Shown here one piece after another: positions 11,006 through 21,166 of a stretch of DNA of 64,000 nucleotides. The DNA is from a virus, in IMG/VR virus record IMGVR_UViG_3300033153_013649, positions 32,001 through 96,000 of that record. One strand, 5' to 3'. The position numbers were made by a program, and so were the translations under genes. Position 1 is the stretch's first letter. Each line of letters starts with the position of its first letter. A model generated the notes under the pieces. That model saw only the letters and a program-made list of their open reading frames with translations, ran no database searches and was not told the origin of the DNA.

Positions 11006-12567
11006 ATTATATGATGCAAATCAAGTGCTATCTAAAAGATATGTTCAACCTTAAGCTTTCGATAATTGAAATTGATAGGATTGAAATTCAAAGAAATCTT
11101 TCTTCTTATATGAGTGTATATGCGCCAGCATACCGATTCGATTGGAGATTTAAAAAGAAACTTTGGGATGGTAAACTCTATTTTTATAAAATATCTACTC
11201 AAACTCTTCCTCGAGGACTACTTTATGAACTAAAAAAATTTTGTAAAATCTTTAATTATTCTCTTTGGATCGATGAAGGAATTGAAATAAATAATTTTTC
11301 AGGACTATCTAAAAGAGAAGTTGAAGATTTCATTTTAAATCTTGTTAATAATATGAATATTCCTAAGGAATATTATCCGAGATCATATCAATTAAAATAT
11401 TTTACTAAATTTATACAAAAAAATGTATTATTATTAGAATCCCCTACCGCATCTGGAAAATCCTTAATTATTTATATGTGTTTATTGTATACCTTGAATT
11501 TACTTCCTAAGGAAAAACAAATACTTATTATTGTTCCAACTATACAATTAGTAGAACAAATGTTTCATGATTTTAAAGATTATGGTTTTCCATCTTATAA
11601 ATATTGTTCAAGAATATATTCAGAAAGAAAAAAAGAATCATTAGAAAAACTTCGAACTAAAAAAAGAGTAATAATTTCTACTTGGCAATCTTTGAAAAGT
11701 CTTCCCCCATCAGAATTTCAAAATATAGGATTTGTAGTTGGAGACGAAGCTCATGAATTTAAAGCTCATCATGCTAAAAAAATAGTTGAATCTTGTAAGA
11801 ACGTTGATTTCAAACTTGGAACTACTGGGACTCTTCATACTAGAGATAAAGCATCAAAAATGACAATCGAAGGAATATTCGATAAAGCAATAAAATATAT
11901 AGATATTAATCAATTGATTCGCAAAAAACATATATCTGATTTTAAAATACAAATTTTAAATTTAATATATCCAGATAATATCTGTAAAATGGCAAAGACC
12001 TTTAATTTTCAAGCTGAAATGGATTTTATTGCACTTCAACCATATAAAAAAATAGTAATTAATAAAATTTGTGAGAAGATTGTATCAAAAGGGGAGAACG
12101 TTCTTATTCTTTTTAAAACTAGGTCTTACGGAAAACAATTAATAGAAGAACAACTCAAAAAATTTAAGCCCTTATATGTAGACGGTACAATAAAAATGAA
12201 AGATCGAAAAAAGGTAGTTTTTGATTGTGAAAACAAAAAAGGAATAATAGCAGTTTGTTCTTTTGGTACTTTCAAAAGAGGAATCAATATAAAAAATCTT
12301 CATCATATAATATTCTCACAATCAATTAAGACTGAAATTGGATTATTACAATCTATCGGAAGAGCATTAAGAATCCATGAATCTAAAGGTTTTGCTACGA
12401 TTTGGGATTTAGTAGATAATTTAGCAATTAAAAAACATATAAATTTTTCATTAAGACATTTTAATGAGCGTAAAGAAATATACGAAACCCAGGGATTTAA
12501 AAATATAAAATTCAAGGATATAATATGTCAAAAATTGGAAAAAAGCGAATCAATATCGAAGCAATGA
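10996..12567 (+). CDS. uvsW: UvsW SF2 DNA helicase
   Basis: WDGK, PRSYQ, SPTASGKS, STWQS, DEAH, GTTGT and QSIGRALR motifs. The true start is probably the ATG at 11011 or 11014. Confidence 0.9.
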   Translation: MVYYYMMQIKCYLKDMFNLKLSIIEIDRIEIQRNLSSYMSVYAPAYRFDWRFKKKLWDGKLYFYKISTQTLPRGLLYELKKFCKIFNYSLWIDEGIEINNFSGLSKREVEDFILNLVNNMNIPKEYYPRSYQLKYFTKFIQKNVLLLESPTASGKSLIIYMCLLYTLNLLPKEKQILIIVPTIQLVEQMFHDFKDYGFPSYKYCSRIYSERKKESLEKLRTKKRVIISTWQSLKSLPPSEFQNIGFVVGDEAHEFKAHHAKKIVESCKNVDFKLGTTGTLHTRDKASKMTIEGIFDKAIKYIDINQLIRKKHISDFKIQILNLIYPDNICKMAKTFNFQAEMDFIALQPYKKIVINKICEKIVSKGENVLILFKTRSYGKQLIEEQLKKFKPLYVDGTIKMKDRKKVVFDCENKKGIIAVCSFGTFKRGINIKNLHHIIFSQSIKTEIGLLQSIGRALRIHESKGFATIWDLVDNLAIKKHINFSLRHFNERKEIYETQGFKNIKFKDIICQKLEKSESISKQ

Positions 12568-12995
12568 AAAAAGAATTAAGCTTCCTTTCTATAAATTTAG
12601 AGGGGTCTTTAATAAGAAAATTATGTAAACATTTAGAAGATTTACAACCAAAAAAGATAATTGAAATTGGTACATTACAGGGGGTGATAACTATATTTCT
12701 AGCTAAAATTGCTGATAGAGTAGAAACCTTTGATAATATTGAAAATCCAATTTGTTTTAAACTTTGGGGTCATTTTAGAGTAAAAGATAAAATTTCTTAT
12801 AATATTGTAAAAAGTAATAAAGAAAAAGCTGATGCAATAGATAGATTCGAATCTTCAGATTATCAACTAGTTTGTATAAATCAAGTTCCTACGCCAGGAT
12901 CGCCGAGATTCTTTGATTATGATATTACTAGCAGATTCAAAAATCATTTTCTTACTCCAGCAGGACTAGAGTACTCCAATCCTTATTTTTTTTGA
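12525..12995 (+). CDS. Class I SAM-dependent methyltransferase-like protein
   Basis: KKIIEIGTLQGVITIFLA motif I followed by VETFD. Confidence 0.55.
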   Translation: MSKIGKKRINIEAMKKELSFLSINLEGSLIRKLCKHLEDLQPKKIIEIGTLQGVITIFLAKIADRVETFDNIENPICFKLWGHFRVKDKISYNIVKSNKEKADAIDRFESSDYQLVCINQVPTPGSPRFFDYDITSRFKNHFLTPAGLEYSNPYFF

Positions 12996-13003
12996 AATAA
13001 AAG

Positions 13004-13032
13004 TTGACAAATAAGAATTAATTTTGTATATT
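13004..13032 (+). promoter_or_regulatory. Sigma70-type promoter
   Basis: TTGACA-N17-TATATT. Confidence 0.75.
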
Positions 13033-13055
13033 ATAATTAGATAATAAAATCTATA

Positions 13056-13268
13056 ATGGGAGGAAAAATTATGAAACCCAGCGATTTGAAAAAAAAGCTA
13101 GTAAAAGATCTCAATGAATCTCATGTAATGTTACTCAAAGGTTTTTATGACTATGATCTTGCTGATTTGCCAAATCTTTTGGAAGCTAAAGAAATAACTA
13201 TTAAAATAAAAAAAGCAGCAGATAAGATGCTCAAAACATTATCTAAAGAGATAAGTAAACTTCAATAA
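13056..13268 (+). CDS. Hypothetical protein
   Basis: ORF downstream of a promoter; a GGAGG RBS precedes the second ATG. Confidence 0.6.
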   Translation: MGGKIMKPSDLKKKLVKDLNESHVMLLKGFYDYDLADLPNLLEAKEITIKIKKAADKMLKTLSKEISKLQ

Positions 13269-13403
13269 AAAAGACTTATTTAATAATAAATGGTTGTTCA
13301 GAAAATATGATACTACCTCGAAGGGATTTAAGGAATATAAAAAAGGAAATAAATAACTAACAGATCAAAAAAGATTTCTCTTCAATTTTATACATTTAAA
13401 ATA

Positions 13404-14468
13404 ATGAAAAATGCATTAATAGTAGATTTTTCAAATCTTGCTGCTCGCGCATTTTGGGCTGTGAACTTAAAAACCTCTGATGGAAGGCATTCTGGCTTAG
13501 TATACGGCATGCTACGTATGTTATTCAATAAAATACAAGGCCTTAACATTACATCTGTATATATTTGTATGGACAGAAAGCCATATTGGAGAAATCTTGT
13601 ATTTCCAGAATATAAAAAAGGACGCAGAAAATCACAAGATCTAATGGGGGATTATTACGATGATTATATCGAGCAATTAGAAGATATGAATCGTCTTTTA
13701 CCTGCCTTAGGATTCTATTGTCTTGCTTATAAAGGAATGGAAGCTGATGATATTGCTGCAGCTTTTGTTTTTAAATTTAAAGATCAATATGATAATTTAT
13801 ATACTTATTCCGGCGATCATGATTGGTTTCAATTAGTTGGAGGAAAGGTTAAACATATCCAACCGAAAATAAAATCTGATGATATTATTATATCAGAAAA
13901 TAACTTTTCTGAAATAGTTGGAGTAAAAGATACAAATACCTTTCTTGATATTCTTTGTTTTGCGGGAGATCACGGTGATGCTATACCTTCAATATTTGCA
14001 ACCAGAAATGGAACAGAAGAAGAAGGATATTATTGGGAAGAACCAGCAAGAGTAATTTCAGAATCTAAAATAAAAAAGATTCTTGCCTCCCCTTATAATG
14101 AAACTAAAAACCTTCTTGAAGGAAAAATTAATCCTGTTAAAGGAATTGGTCCTAAAACTGAAATCTTATTTTCTAAAATTTCTGATATTCAAAGAGAAAG
14201 ATTTAAAATAAATAAAAAACTTATAAATCTTCAAAATGGAAAAGAAAAGTTAGAAGCCCTCAGAGAACTTAAAAATGAATTTGAAATTCCAAAACATAAT
14301 GAGAATATGCTTGCTCATATAATTCAAAAATATGAATTATCTTCAGTTCGTATAACCAAAGACTTTCCTTATTATTATATAAATATTGGAAAATATAAAG
14401 AAAAACCTGTAATAAATAAAAGTAAATTTATGAATTTATTAAAAGAAAGCAGAGAATGGCGACTGTAG
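13404..14468 (+). CDS. rnh: T4-type RNase H / 5'-3' exonuclease
   Basis: LIVDFSN, WRNLVFPEYK..R, MEADDIAA, SGDHDWFQL and GDHGDAIP motifs. Confidence 0.9.
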   Translation: MKNALIVDFSNLAARAFWAVNLKTSDGRHSGLVYGMLRMLFNKIQGLNITSVYICMDRKPYWRNLVFPEYKKGRRKSQDLMGDYYDDYIEQLEDMNRLLPALGFYCLAYKGMEADDIAAAFVFKFKDQYDNLYTYSGDHDWFQLVGGKVKHIQPKIKSDDIIISENNFSEIVGVKDTNTFLDILCFAGDHGDAIPSIFATRNGTEEEGYYWEEPARVISESKIKKILASPYNETKNLLEGKINPVKGIGPKTEILFSKISDIQRERFKINKKLINLQNGKEKLEALRELKNEFEIPKHNENMLAHIIQKYELSSVRITKDFPYYYINIGKYKEKPVINKSKFMNLLKESREWRL

Positions 14469-14848
14469 ATATAAAGAAAAAATTAGAAGAAGATCTAATA
14501 ATAGACGAAGCAAATCTTGTTGGAGAATTAAAAAAACAAAAAGATTTGTTACTTACTTGGAGTAATCGATTAAACAGTGTACAAAACGAACTTACTAAAA
14601 CTATTATTTTATTAGATAGAATCTATTACGAAAAATATAAATTTTATAAAGACGAATTTGAAAGAGCTCTTAAAGATAGAGAAATAAAAATATATGTTGA
14701 AGGACATGCAGATATTATTAAGCTAAAAGAAAAAAAGAGAGAATTTGAACTTTTAAGATCAACTATTAAAGGCGGAATTGTTGCTCTTCGAACAAAAGGA
14801 AAAACAATAAATACCCTTATATCTCTTCAAGAAAAAGAAATGATATGA
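14456..14848 (+). CDS. uvsY: Recombination mediator UvsY
   Basis: Helical 130-aa protein with the EEDLIIDEANL...KYKFY...YVEG pattern. Confidence 0.65.
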   Translation: MATVDIKKKLEEDLIIDEANLVGELKKQKDLLLTWSNRLNSVQNELTKTIILLDRIYYEKYKFYKDEFERALKDREIKIYVEGHADIIKLKEKKREFELLRSTIKGGIVALRTKGKTINTLISLQEKEMI

Positions 14849-15549
14849 AACCCCCCTTAAATATAATTTTTTGCGGAAATTTTAAATCTTCTTTAATAAA
14901 ACAAATAAATAGTCATTTATTTAATAATGAAGGAATAATTACTTCTATAGAAGATGCTCTATATGAAATTGTTGATAATCCTACACTTTTACAAGAATTA
15001 AAATATCAAGAAATAAAAAAAGAAGCTAGAAGTATCTATAAAAAACTTGAAATTCCTGCAAAGTTAGTTCCTGATAGTGTAATTACAGTAGATAAATCTG
15101 TATTTGAAGATGAAGAATTTATGGAAGTATTTAATTCGTCTTCTCGAGAAGAAAAATTAAAATTATTAAAAGCAGTAATAGAAATTTTATATCCAAATCA
15201 AAAATGGATAATAAATCGATTTTTATATAATCTTATATTTTTTCAAAAAATCAAAGCTACTATAGTTAATAATAATCTCATAAACAATATATATATTTTT
15301 GAAGTAAATAATTTTGAGGATCTCGTTGAAATTCTTTCTAACAAATATTTTGATTCAATTGTAATTTCTACAGGTTCAACTGATACTGAAATAGTAGAAA
15401 AAATAACAAAAGGATATATCGAACCCTTTTATTTTATTAGAAATGATGAATTTTTATTTTTTACTATAAATAAATCGAAATCTCATAATTATAATTTTTA
15501 TAAGATATACAAAAATTTACAAAAATATTTAATCGAAAATTTTTCGTGA
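14845..15549 (+). CDS. Hypothetical protein, possibly a degenerate NMP-kinase fold
   Basis: N-terminal IIFCGNFKSS resembles an eroded P-loop. Confidence 0.4.
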   Translation: MKPPLNIIFCGNFKSSLIKQINSHLFNNEGIITSIEDALYEIVDNPTLLQELKYQEIKKEARSIYKKLEIPAKLVPDSVITVDKSVFEDEEFMEVFNSSSREEKLKLLKAVIEILYPNQKWIINRFLYNLIFFQKIKATIVNNNLINNIYIFEVNNFEDLVEILSNKYFDSIVISTGSTDTEIVEKITKGYIEPFYFIRNDEFLFFTINKSKSHNYNFYKIYKNLQKYLIENFS

Positions 15550-15553
15550 CCGA

Positions 15554-15937
15554 TTATTCGTTTGGATTAACTTTAATCTTTACTATTTTTTCAATTCCTG
15601 AATCCTTTTCAGAATAAACAACAGAAATTATTATAACAGTACCAAGATAACTCTCTGCAGTTATATCTTTTATGTCTATACGAGGCTCTTGATTTAAAAG
15701 GTCTCGCTTTAAAATTCTAACTAAAGAATCTCGAGAAATTTCATCATTTGGATCCCAGACAAAATTATGAATTTCTGTTCCTAAATCTGGATCCATTAAA
15801 GCTGATCCCTTCGGGGTAAGAACAATATTTATAATAGATTCTTTTATAGCATCAGAATCAATAAAAAGAGGAATACTTTTATTTTTTGTTGGAGAAGACC
15901 AATCAAGATTTAAATCTACATATTTATAATTTGACAT
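15554..15937 (-). CDS. Baseplate wedge subunit gp25
   Basis: YVDLNL...AIKESIINIVLTPKG...DPDLGT...EPRI matches the GPW/gp25 signature. Confidence 0.9.
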   Translation of the reverse strand: MSNYKYVDLNLDWSSPTKNKSIPLFIDSDAIKESIINIVLTPKGSALMDPDLGTEIHNFVWDPNDEISRDSLVRILKRDLLNQEPRIDIKDITAESYLGTVIIISVVYSEKDSGIEKIVKIKVNPNE

Positions 15938-15952
15938 TTTATTACCTTAATT

Positions 15953-16549
15953 TTACATTATATAGCTTTTAATCTGAACCCCTTGCCAAATCCATTCTTT
16001 ATCCTTAAAACTTTTAAAATATTGATTTAAAATATTATTATATTTAGTATTTACTATTTTAAAACTAGAAGAATTATTATAATTATCAACATTCTGGTCA
16101 AATATAACTTTAAGGTATCTTTCCATTTTTTTATAAGATTCACTTCTTAAATTAAATAAAATCGGATAATCCGAAATCGGAACTTGAGGTGCAGGGGGAA
16201 CTGGTAAATAAGTAGCTGTTATAATTCCAATATTTATTGAGTCTAAAAACCAATCATCTATTATTCTAGCAAATTCTACAGCAACTTGTCTTCTTTTTTC
16301 TGAATCTGTATATAATATACTTTTTCTAAAAAGAGTTTCAAAATTTATTTCTAATTTTGAAGAAATATTCCAATTAGAAGCAACAATAACAGGTTGATGA
16401 AATGATTCTGGAGATATAACTTCCCCTGTTTGAATGAACAATTTAGTCTTGGCCGAAATTTCTTGAGCTATAAATTTTGCAGCTCGACGAGGGGTTATTT
16501 CCTCTAATTTCTCATCTTTTGGAATCAAATAATAAAAAAATTTAGACAT
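15953..16549 (-). CDS. Hypothetical protein in the baseplate block
   Basis: 198-aa ORF co-oriented with the gp5 and gp25 genes. Confidence 0.55.
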   Translation of the reverse strand: MSKFFYYLIPKDEKLEEITPRRAAKFIAQEISAKTKLFIQTGEVISPESFHQPVIVASNWNISSKLEINFETLFRKSILYTDSEKRRQVAVEFARIIDDWFLDSINIGIITATYLPVPPAPQVPISDYPILFNLRSESYKKMERYLKVIFDQNVDNYNNSSSFKIVNTKYNNILNQYFKSFKDKEWIWQGVQIKSYIM

Positions 16550-16557
16550 CTAAAAAT

Positions 16558-16983
16558 TTATTCATCCTTTAAAGGCTGAATTTTATCCTCCTTTTTAGGT
16601 TTTACTTTTACCTCTGGATCTTCAATTATTCCAAATCTTTGGAAAGCAGAAATTTCTCGAGGCTTTATTTTTATTCCTGTTGAAACAAGAACCTCTTTTT
16701 TAATAGGAACAAAAGCAATTTCTATATTATAATTAAAAAGATCGTTTAATTTTTCATTTAATTCCTGAATTTTTTCTTTCGGAACTTCTATTTCTCCTTT
16801 ACCGTTATCTTTACCAAGTTTTTTCCAAATTGCTATTCTTCTTTCTTCGTAAATTTGAAGTTCCTCCCCTAATTTTTTATCTAAACGAGACAATTCCCAT
16901 GACATTTCAATAGGTAGATCTTTATCAAAAAACTCTTGAAAAGGAACACGAAAATTAATTAATTCACCGATTGTAATTTTCAT
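16558..16983 (-). CDS. Phage protein, DUF1617-like
   Basis: Pattern LPIEMSWELSRLDKKL..E...YEERR...GK. Confidence 0.45.
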   Translation of the reverse strand: MKITIGELINFRVPFQEFFDKDLPIEMSWELSRLDKKLGEELQIYEERRIAIWKKLGKDNGKGEIEVPKEKIQELNEKLNDLFNYNIEIAFVPIKKEVLVSTGIKIKPREISAFQRFGIIEDPEVKVKPKKEDKIQPLKDE

Positions 16984-17057
16984 ATTTTGAATCTCCTTTT
17001 ATTAATTTATTTATTTTATAACTAAATATACTGAATCTAATTATACTTTGTCAATAT

Positions 17058-17753
17058 CTATTTTTTAGTAATACGAACTGTTTCTGTATGCCAATCATCG
17101 TTTATTTGAAACCCATGAGTAATTACAGGGGGGGATGACGGTCCGACCCCTGTTGAATGTATATGATTATTAAAATACTCTAAAAATTTCTCTGAATTTA
17201 TAATTAAATCCCCATTGTTAGTAGAATCTTGAAAATTAATATTTTTTGCCTCAATATTAACAGTTCCCTTAGCAGAAAGATTTATTCCTGACCCTTCTGA
17301 ATTAATATTTATTTGACCGTTTTTTATTTCTATTCTTGTTGAGTTATCATCCTGGGTTATAATTATTTTTCCCTCATCAATTTCTATAGTATGACCGGTC
17401 TTAGTTTTTATTATTCTTCTCCCTGTTTGATAATCAACAGGATTTTCGAAGTCTGAACCCCCTGGAATAACCCCTGTATAAATTCCTTGAGAGATATTTC
17501 CATTGATAAATTGAACAGTAACTATAGAGCCAATTTGAGGAATTCCTGAATCAGATTGAGAATTATGTTGAGCCGTTTGAATAGGATATACTGGTAAAAA
17601 CCAAGGCAATTTTATAGCTGATATATTATTATCATGAATTCCAAACACACGAACTCGAATTCTCCCCTGACGTTCTGGGTCATTTATTTTTTCAACTCGA
17701 CCTAAATATATAGAATTAAATTCATTATTGATCTTGTTTTTTATCTTCTTCAT
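17058..17753 (-). CDS. Baseplate central spike (gp5 OB-fold / gpV-like)
   Basis: GRVEKINDPERQGRIRVRVFGIH OB-fold, KTKTGHTIEID beta-helix repeats and a C-terminal HIH. Confidence 0.85.
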   Translation of the reverse strand: MKKIKNKINNEFNSIYLGRVEKINDPERQGRIRVRVFGIHDNNISAIKLPWFLPVYPIQTAQHNSQSDSGIPQIGSIVTVQFINGNISQGIYTGVIPGGSDFENPVDYQTGRRIIKTKTGHTIEIDEGKIIITQDDNSTRIEIKNGQININSEGSGINLSAKGTVNIEAKNINFQDSTNNGDLIINSEKFLEYFNNHIHSTGVGPSSPPVITHGFQINDDWHTETVRITKK

Positions 17754-17775
17754 TATGAGGTCTTTCTTTTTTAAT

Positions 17776-17783
17776 TATTTATA
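17776..17783 (-). promoter_or_regulatory. T4-type late promoter TATAAATA for the minus-strand baseplate block
   Basis: tatttata on the + strand, about 22 nt upstream of the gp5-like start. Confidence 0.55.
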
Positions 17784-17811
17784 TATTTTTTACAAAAATA
17801 TCAAAAAAATG

Positions 17812-17841
17812 TTGACATACTAGAAGGTCTTTTAGTATATT
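17812..17841 (+). promoter_or_regulatory. Sigma70-type promoter
   Basis: TTGACA-N18-TATATT. Confidence 0.7.
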
Positions 17842-17878
17842 ATATTATAAATATTTACAGAAAGGAAATGTATATTTA

Positions 17879-18418
17879 ATGAAGAAAAAAATGAACTATT
17901 ATATAGATAATAATGAATTACTCGAATTAATAATTAAATATAAAAAATCAGAAAGTACTAGAGATAAAATTATTAATAAACTCGAATCCGAAAGATTAAA
18001 GCCTTTATCTGAAGAAGAAAAGGATTCATTAGATTATCCAGAAAAAATGTCCGGGATCGATTTAAATCGTTTAGGATCTCTTATTCTATTACTAGTAGAA
18101 AGAATCGCAACAAGATCAAATTTTATTAATTATACTTATAAAGAAGACATGAAATCTCATGCTTGTTTTTCGATTTGGAAGGGATTAAAAACATTTGATC
18201 CAAAAAGAAGTAATAGTCCTTTTTCTTATTTCACTCAAACTACTTTTAATGCTTTCCTATATATTATTAATAAACAAAAATTAACTAGAGAAAGACAAAA
18301 AATATATCAAGAACATGAAATGGAAAAAATAAAAGAAATGGAAGGAAATGAATCTTTAAAGTTAGCAAGAAAAAAATTTACGAGAGAATTTACTTCGAAT
18401 AAACTTTTCTATGAATAA
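17879..18418 (+). CDS. Late transcription sigma factor gp55
   Basis: YYIDNNELL...NFINYTYKEDM...FDP..S.SPFSYFTQ..FNAF matches gp55. Confidence 0.9.
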   Translation: MKKKMNYYIDNNELLELIIKYKKSESTRDKIINKLESERLKPLSEEEKDSLDYPEKMSGIDLNRLGSLILLLVERIATRSNFINYTYKEDMKSHACFSIWKGLKTFDPKRSNSPFSYFTQTTFNAFLYIINKQKLTRERQKIYQEHEMEKIKEMEGNESLKLARKKFTREFTSNKLFYE

Positions 18419-18447
18419 ACAATCATCTAATTCTAAGGGAGAATTAA

Positions 18448-18837
18448 ATGTCAAAGAGTAATATTTCAAAAGTTATAAATAATAATAAAATAGAGAAAGT
18501 AGATAAAAAGGAAGAAAGTTTTAATCCTCTAAAGAATTTTAGAATACCTCAGCATAATAGTAATTGTAAAGTTTGTCATGGAACAGGAAGAATAGGATAC
18601 GAAGTTTATATTCCAAGTGATCATGATAATCAACCACTTAAGTATAAAGAAAAAAAGCCAGATAGAAAAAATAGAAAAAAAGGACCTATCATTGAATGCC
18701 CAGTTTTTAAAAAGGAAATTGATACAGCTCTAAAATCCCATATTAAAAGAGAAAAAGAAATATTTGATAAAAAGAAAGAAATAAAGATTGACAAACTAGA
18801 AAAAAATTCAGTAAGTTCTATAAATGAAAAGATTTGA
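18448..18837 (+). CDS. Hypothetical Zn-binding protein
   Basis: CKVCHGTG...ECP; GGGAG RBS. Confidence 0.55.
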   Translation: MSKSNISKVINNNKIEKVDKKEESFNPLKNFRIPQHNSNCKVCHGTGRIGYEVYIPSDHDNQPLKYKEKKPDRKNRKKGPIIECPVFKKEIDTALKSHIKREKEIFDKKKEIKIDKLEKNSVSSINEKI

Positions 18838-19021
18838 ATTAAAAACCAATAAAAACTTTAGGTTTATAGAAATTATTGATAATTGGAAAAGTAAACCAAT
18901 CAATATAAAAGATATTAATATATTAAAACCTATAATTAATATTCTAAACGAATATTATTCGGATATAGAAGATGGAGAATTTATAGATCTAAAAGAAGAA
19001 GAGAAAAAGGAGAAGTCATGA
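18824..19021 (+). CDS. Hypothetical protein
   Basis: Small ORF coupled to both neighbours. Confidence 0.5.
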   Translation: MKRFELKTNKNFRFIEIIDNWKSKPINIKDINILKPIINILNEYYSDIEDGEFIDLKEEEKKEKS

Positions 19022-19746
19022 ATTTAATTGGGATTGGCTTTAGAGCAAGAGCAGGAAAAGATACTATTGGAAATCATTTAGTAAATAAACATGGATATAC
19101 CAAATTATCATTTGCTAAAGCTCTTTATGAAGAATGTGAAAATTTAATATTAACCCATAAATTTGGAGATCCTTGGTTTTATTGGTATGATAATAGAAAA
19201 TGGTTTAATACAATATCAAATTCAGAAAATCTCAATAGACATTCTATAGAATATTTAAAAGACTGGTTATATTCTCAAAAGATTTTAGCTCTTTATTCAG
19301 AAGAAGGGTATTTAAATTACTATGGAATGAAGAAAAAAGATCCTCAATTGCTTCAAGCTTGGGGAACTGATTTTAGAAGGGAAAGATTTTCTAAAACCTA
19401 TTGGATTGATCAAGTAAAGAAAGAAATTAAAGAATTAAGAAGAAAAGGTTACGAAAATATAGTTATTACAGATGTTAGATTCAATAATGAATTCGAATTC
19501 ATTAAAAAGATGAAGGGAGAGATTTGGAGAGTAGATAGATATGATGCAAAAGGAAATTTAATAATCGATCTATCTAGAGATTCGAACCATTTATCGGAAA
19601 CCGAATTAAAGAACCGTAAATTTGATTTAACAATAAAAAACGATGGAACAATTGAAACCCTATATTCGAAAATAGATGAAATTCTCATTAAAAAACGCAA
19701 AAGAGAGAACCAATATTCCAATAGAAGTTTTGTTATACATTCATAA
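19018..19746 (+). CDS. Deoxynucleoside monophosphate kinase, gp1-like
   Basis: GFRARAGKDT P-loop, SFAKAL, LQAWGTD, ITDVRF.NE and H.SE motifs. Confidence 0.9.
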   Translation: MNLIGIGFRARAGKDTIGNHLVNKHGYTKLSFAKALYEECENLILTHKFGDPWFYWYDNRKWFNTISNSENLNRHSIEYLKDWLYSQKILALYSEEGYLNYYGMKKKDPQLLQAWGTDFRRERFSKTYWIDQVKKEIKELRRKGYENIVITDVRFNNEFEFIKKMKGEIWRVDRYDAKGNLIIDLSRDSNHLSETELKNRKFDLTIKNDGTIETLYSKIDEILIKKRKRENQYSNRSFVIHS

Positions 19747-20674
19747 TAAAACTAATAAAATCTCTACTGCTATAGCATGTTATATTAATTATGCCCTTAA
19801 ACATTTGATAAAAGGGAAATACGAACCTGTTCCTATATCAAATAAAAAAATTGCAGAATTGTTTAATATTTCGGAAAGATATGCTCATAAAATTCTAAAG
19901 AAGCTAGTTTCTTTAAATTATATTTCATGTAAAGAAATAGGAGAATTTCCAGAAGAAATAAAGAAAATATATAAACAAAAAGTTGATTCTTCTTCTTTGG
20001 TTTATTATCGCTCAGAATATTTACAAGAAATAGAAAAACATATTTTTAAATCGAAGAGTCAAAAAATATTAGAAACCCTTCAATGTAAGGGAGAATTTTT
20101 ATTAAAATATAATGAACTCTTTGATTATATTTATCTTAATCTAATTAATGTATATGGTTCAGATCTCTTTATATTAGATAAAGATTTTAAAAGGGTCTTT
20201 AATATTAGTCTAAAAAATATGATGAGATTCAAAAAAGAATATGTAGAATCTTCTTTCAAGATAGTTAATATAAAAAATAGTTTTACACAACATCCAATTT
20301 TAGAAGAATATAAGGATTTTAGTCATTTTAAGATTCGAACAAAGAATAAATTAAAATTAACAAAAGAAGGAATGGATCAGCTTGTTTCATTAAATAGATA
20401 TGCAACTTTTCTAACGAATAAAAGAGCAATAATTCAAAGAAAAAGCCAATTATTAGATTTAAAATCTGATCCAGATAAATTTTTTAGGTTAGGAGCTGCT
20501 TTCTCTGAAAATGAGATTTCAAAAAAAGCTATGAGTTTATTACTCACTAAAGATTTCTTCGTTATTCAGAGAAAACAGCAGCAACTAACTTCAAACTGTA
20601 ATAGCTATATTAAATATTTCGAAAACCCAAAAATTTATTCAGGAAATCTACGACACCTTAAATTTTTGGCTTAA
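19676..20674 (+). CDS. HTH DNA-binding protein, possible replication initiator
   Basis: SNKKIAELFNISERYAHKILKKLVSLNYI is a winged HTH; the gene is immediately upstream of a repeat-rich intergenic region. Confidence 0.5.
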   Translation: MKFSLKNAKERTNIPIEVLLYIHNKTNKISTAIACYINYALKHLIKGKYEPVPISNKKIAELFNISERYAHKILKKLVSLNYISCKEIGEFPEEIKKIYKQKVDSSSLVYYRSEYLQEIEKHIFKSKSQKILETLQCKGEFLLKYNELFDYIYLNLINVYGSDLFILDKDFKRVFNISLKNMMRFKKEYVESSFKIVNIKNSFTQHPILEEYKDFSHFKIRTKNKLKLTKEGMDQLVSLNRYATFLTNKRAIIQRKSQLLDLKSDPDKFFRLGAAFSENEISKKAMSLLLTKDFFVIQRKQQQLTSNCNSYIKYFENPKIYSGNLRHLKFLA

Positions 20675-20983
20675 AATAATTTCGAACAAAAGGAATGGGT
20701 ATAGGAAAGCTGTGAGAATATTAGGAAATATGAGATAGTTTTTATTAATAAATTAAAATACTTTAAATAAATAAAAGAATAAAGGAAGTAAATAAAGTAG
20801 TTAATATTAAATAAATAATTTTAATCTTTTATTTTTTAAATCCAGTAATCAATTTTAAATATCTATACTCTTCTTTCTAAATATAAATTAACCTTGAAAA
20901 ATTTTTTGAAAAAAAACAATTTTTTGAAAAAAAATTGATTCTCAAAGGTTAATTATCGAATAATAGTGTTTATTAGTTAATAT

Positions 20984-21090
20984 ACTAAAATCTATCCAAT
21001 GAAATACATTTAAATAAAAACTAAAATCTATCCAATGAAATACATTTAAATAAAAACTAAAATCTATCCAATGAAATACATTTAAATAAA
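20984..21090 (+). repeat. 3 x 36-bp tandem direct repeat (iteron-like)
   Basis: actaaaatctatccaatgaaatacatttaaataaaa at 20984, 21020 and 21056; the third copy is 35 bp. There are no spacers. Confidence 0.95.
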
Positions 21091-21113
21091 GTATAAAAAT
21101 TTAAAAAAAAGTG

Positions 21114-21142
21114 TTGACTTTTAATTTCTTTATTAGTATATT
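21114..21142 (+). promoter_or_regulatory. Sigma70-type promoter
   Basis: TTGACT-N17-TATATT. Confidence 0.7.
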
Positions 21143-21166
21143 AGTTATAAGGGATTGGAAAATTAA

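Noticed and set aside
20984-21090. 36-bp repeats as a CRISPR array
   Set aside because: The repeats are head-to-tail with no spacers, and no cas genes are present.
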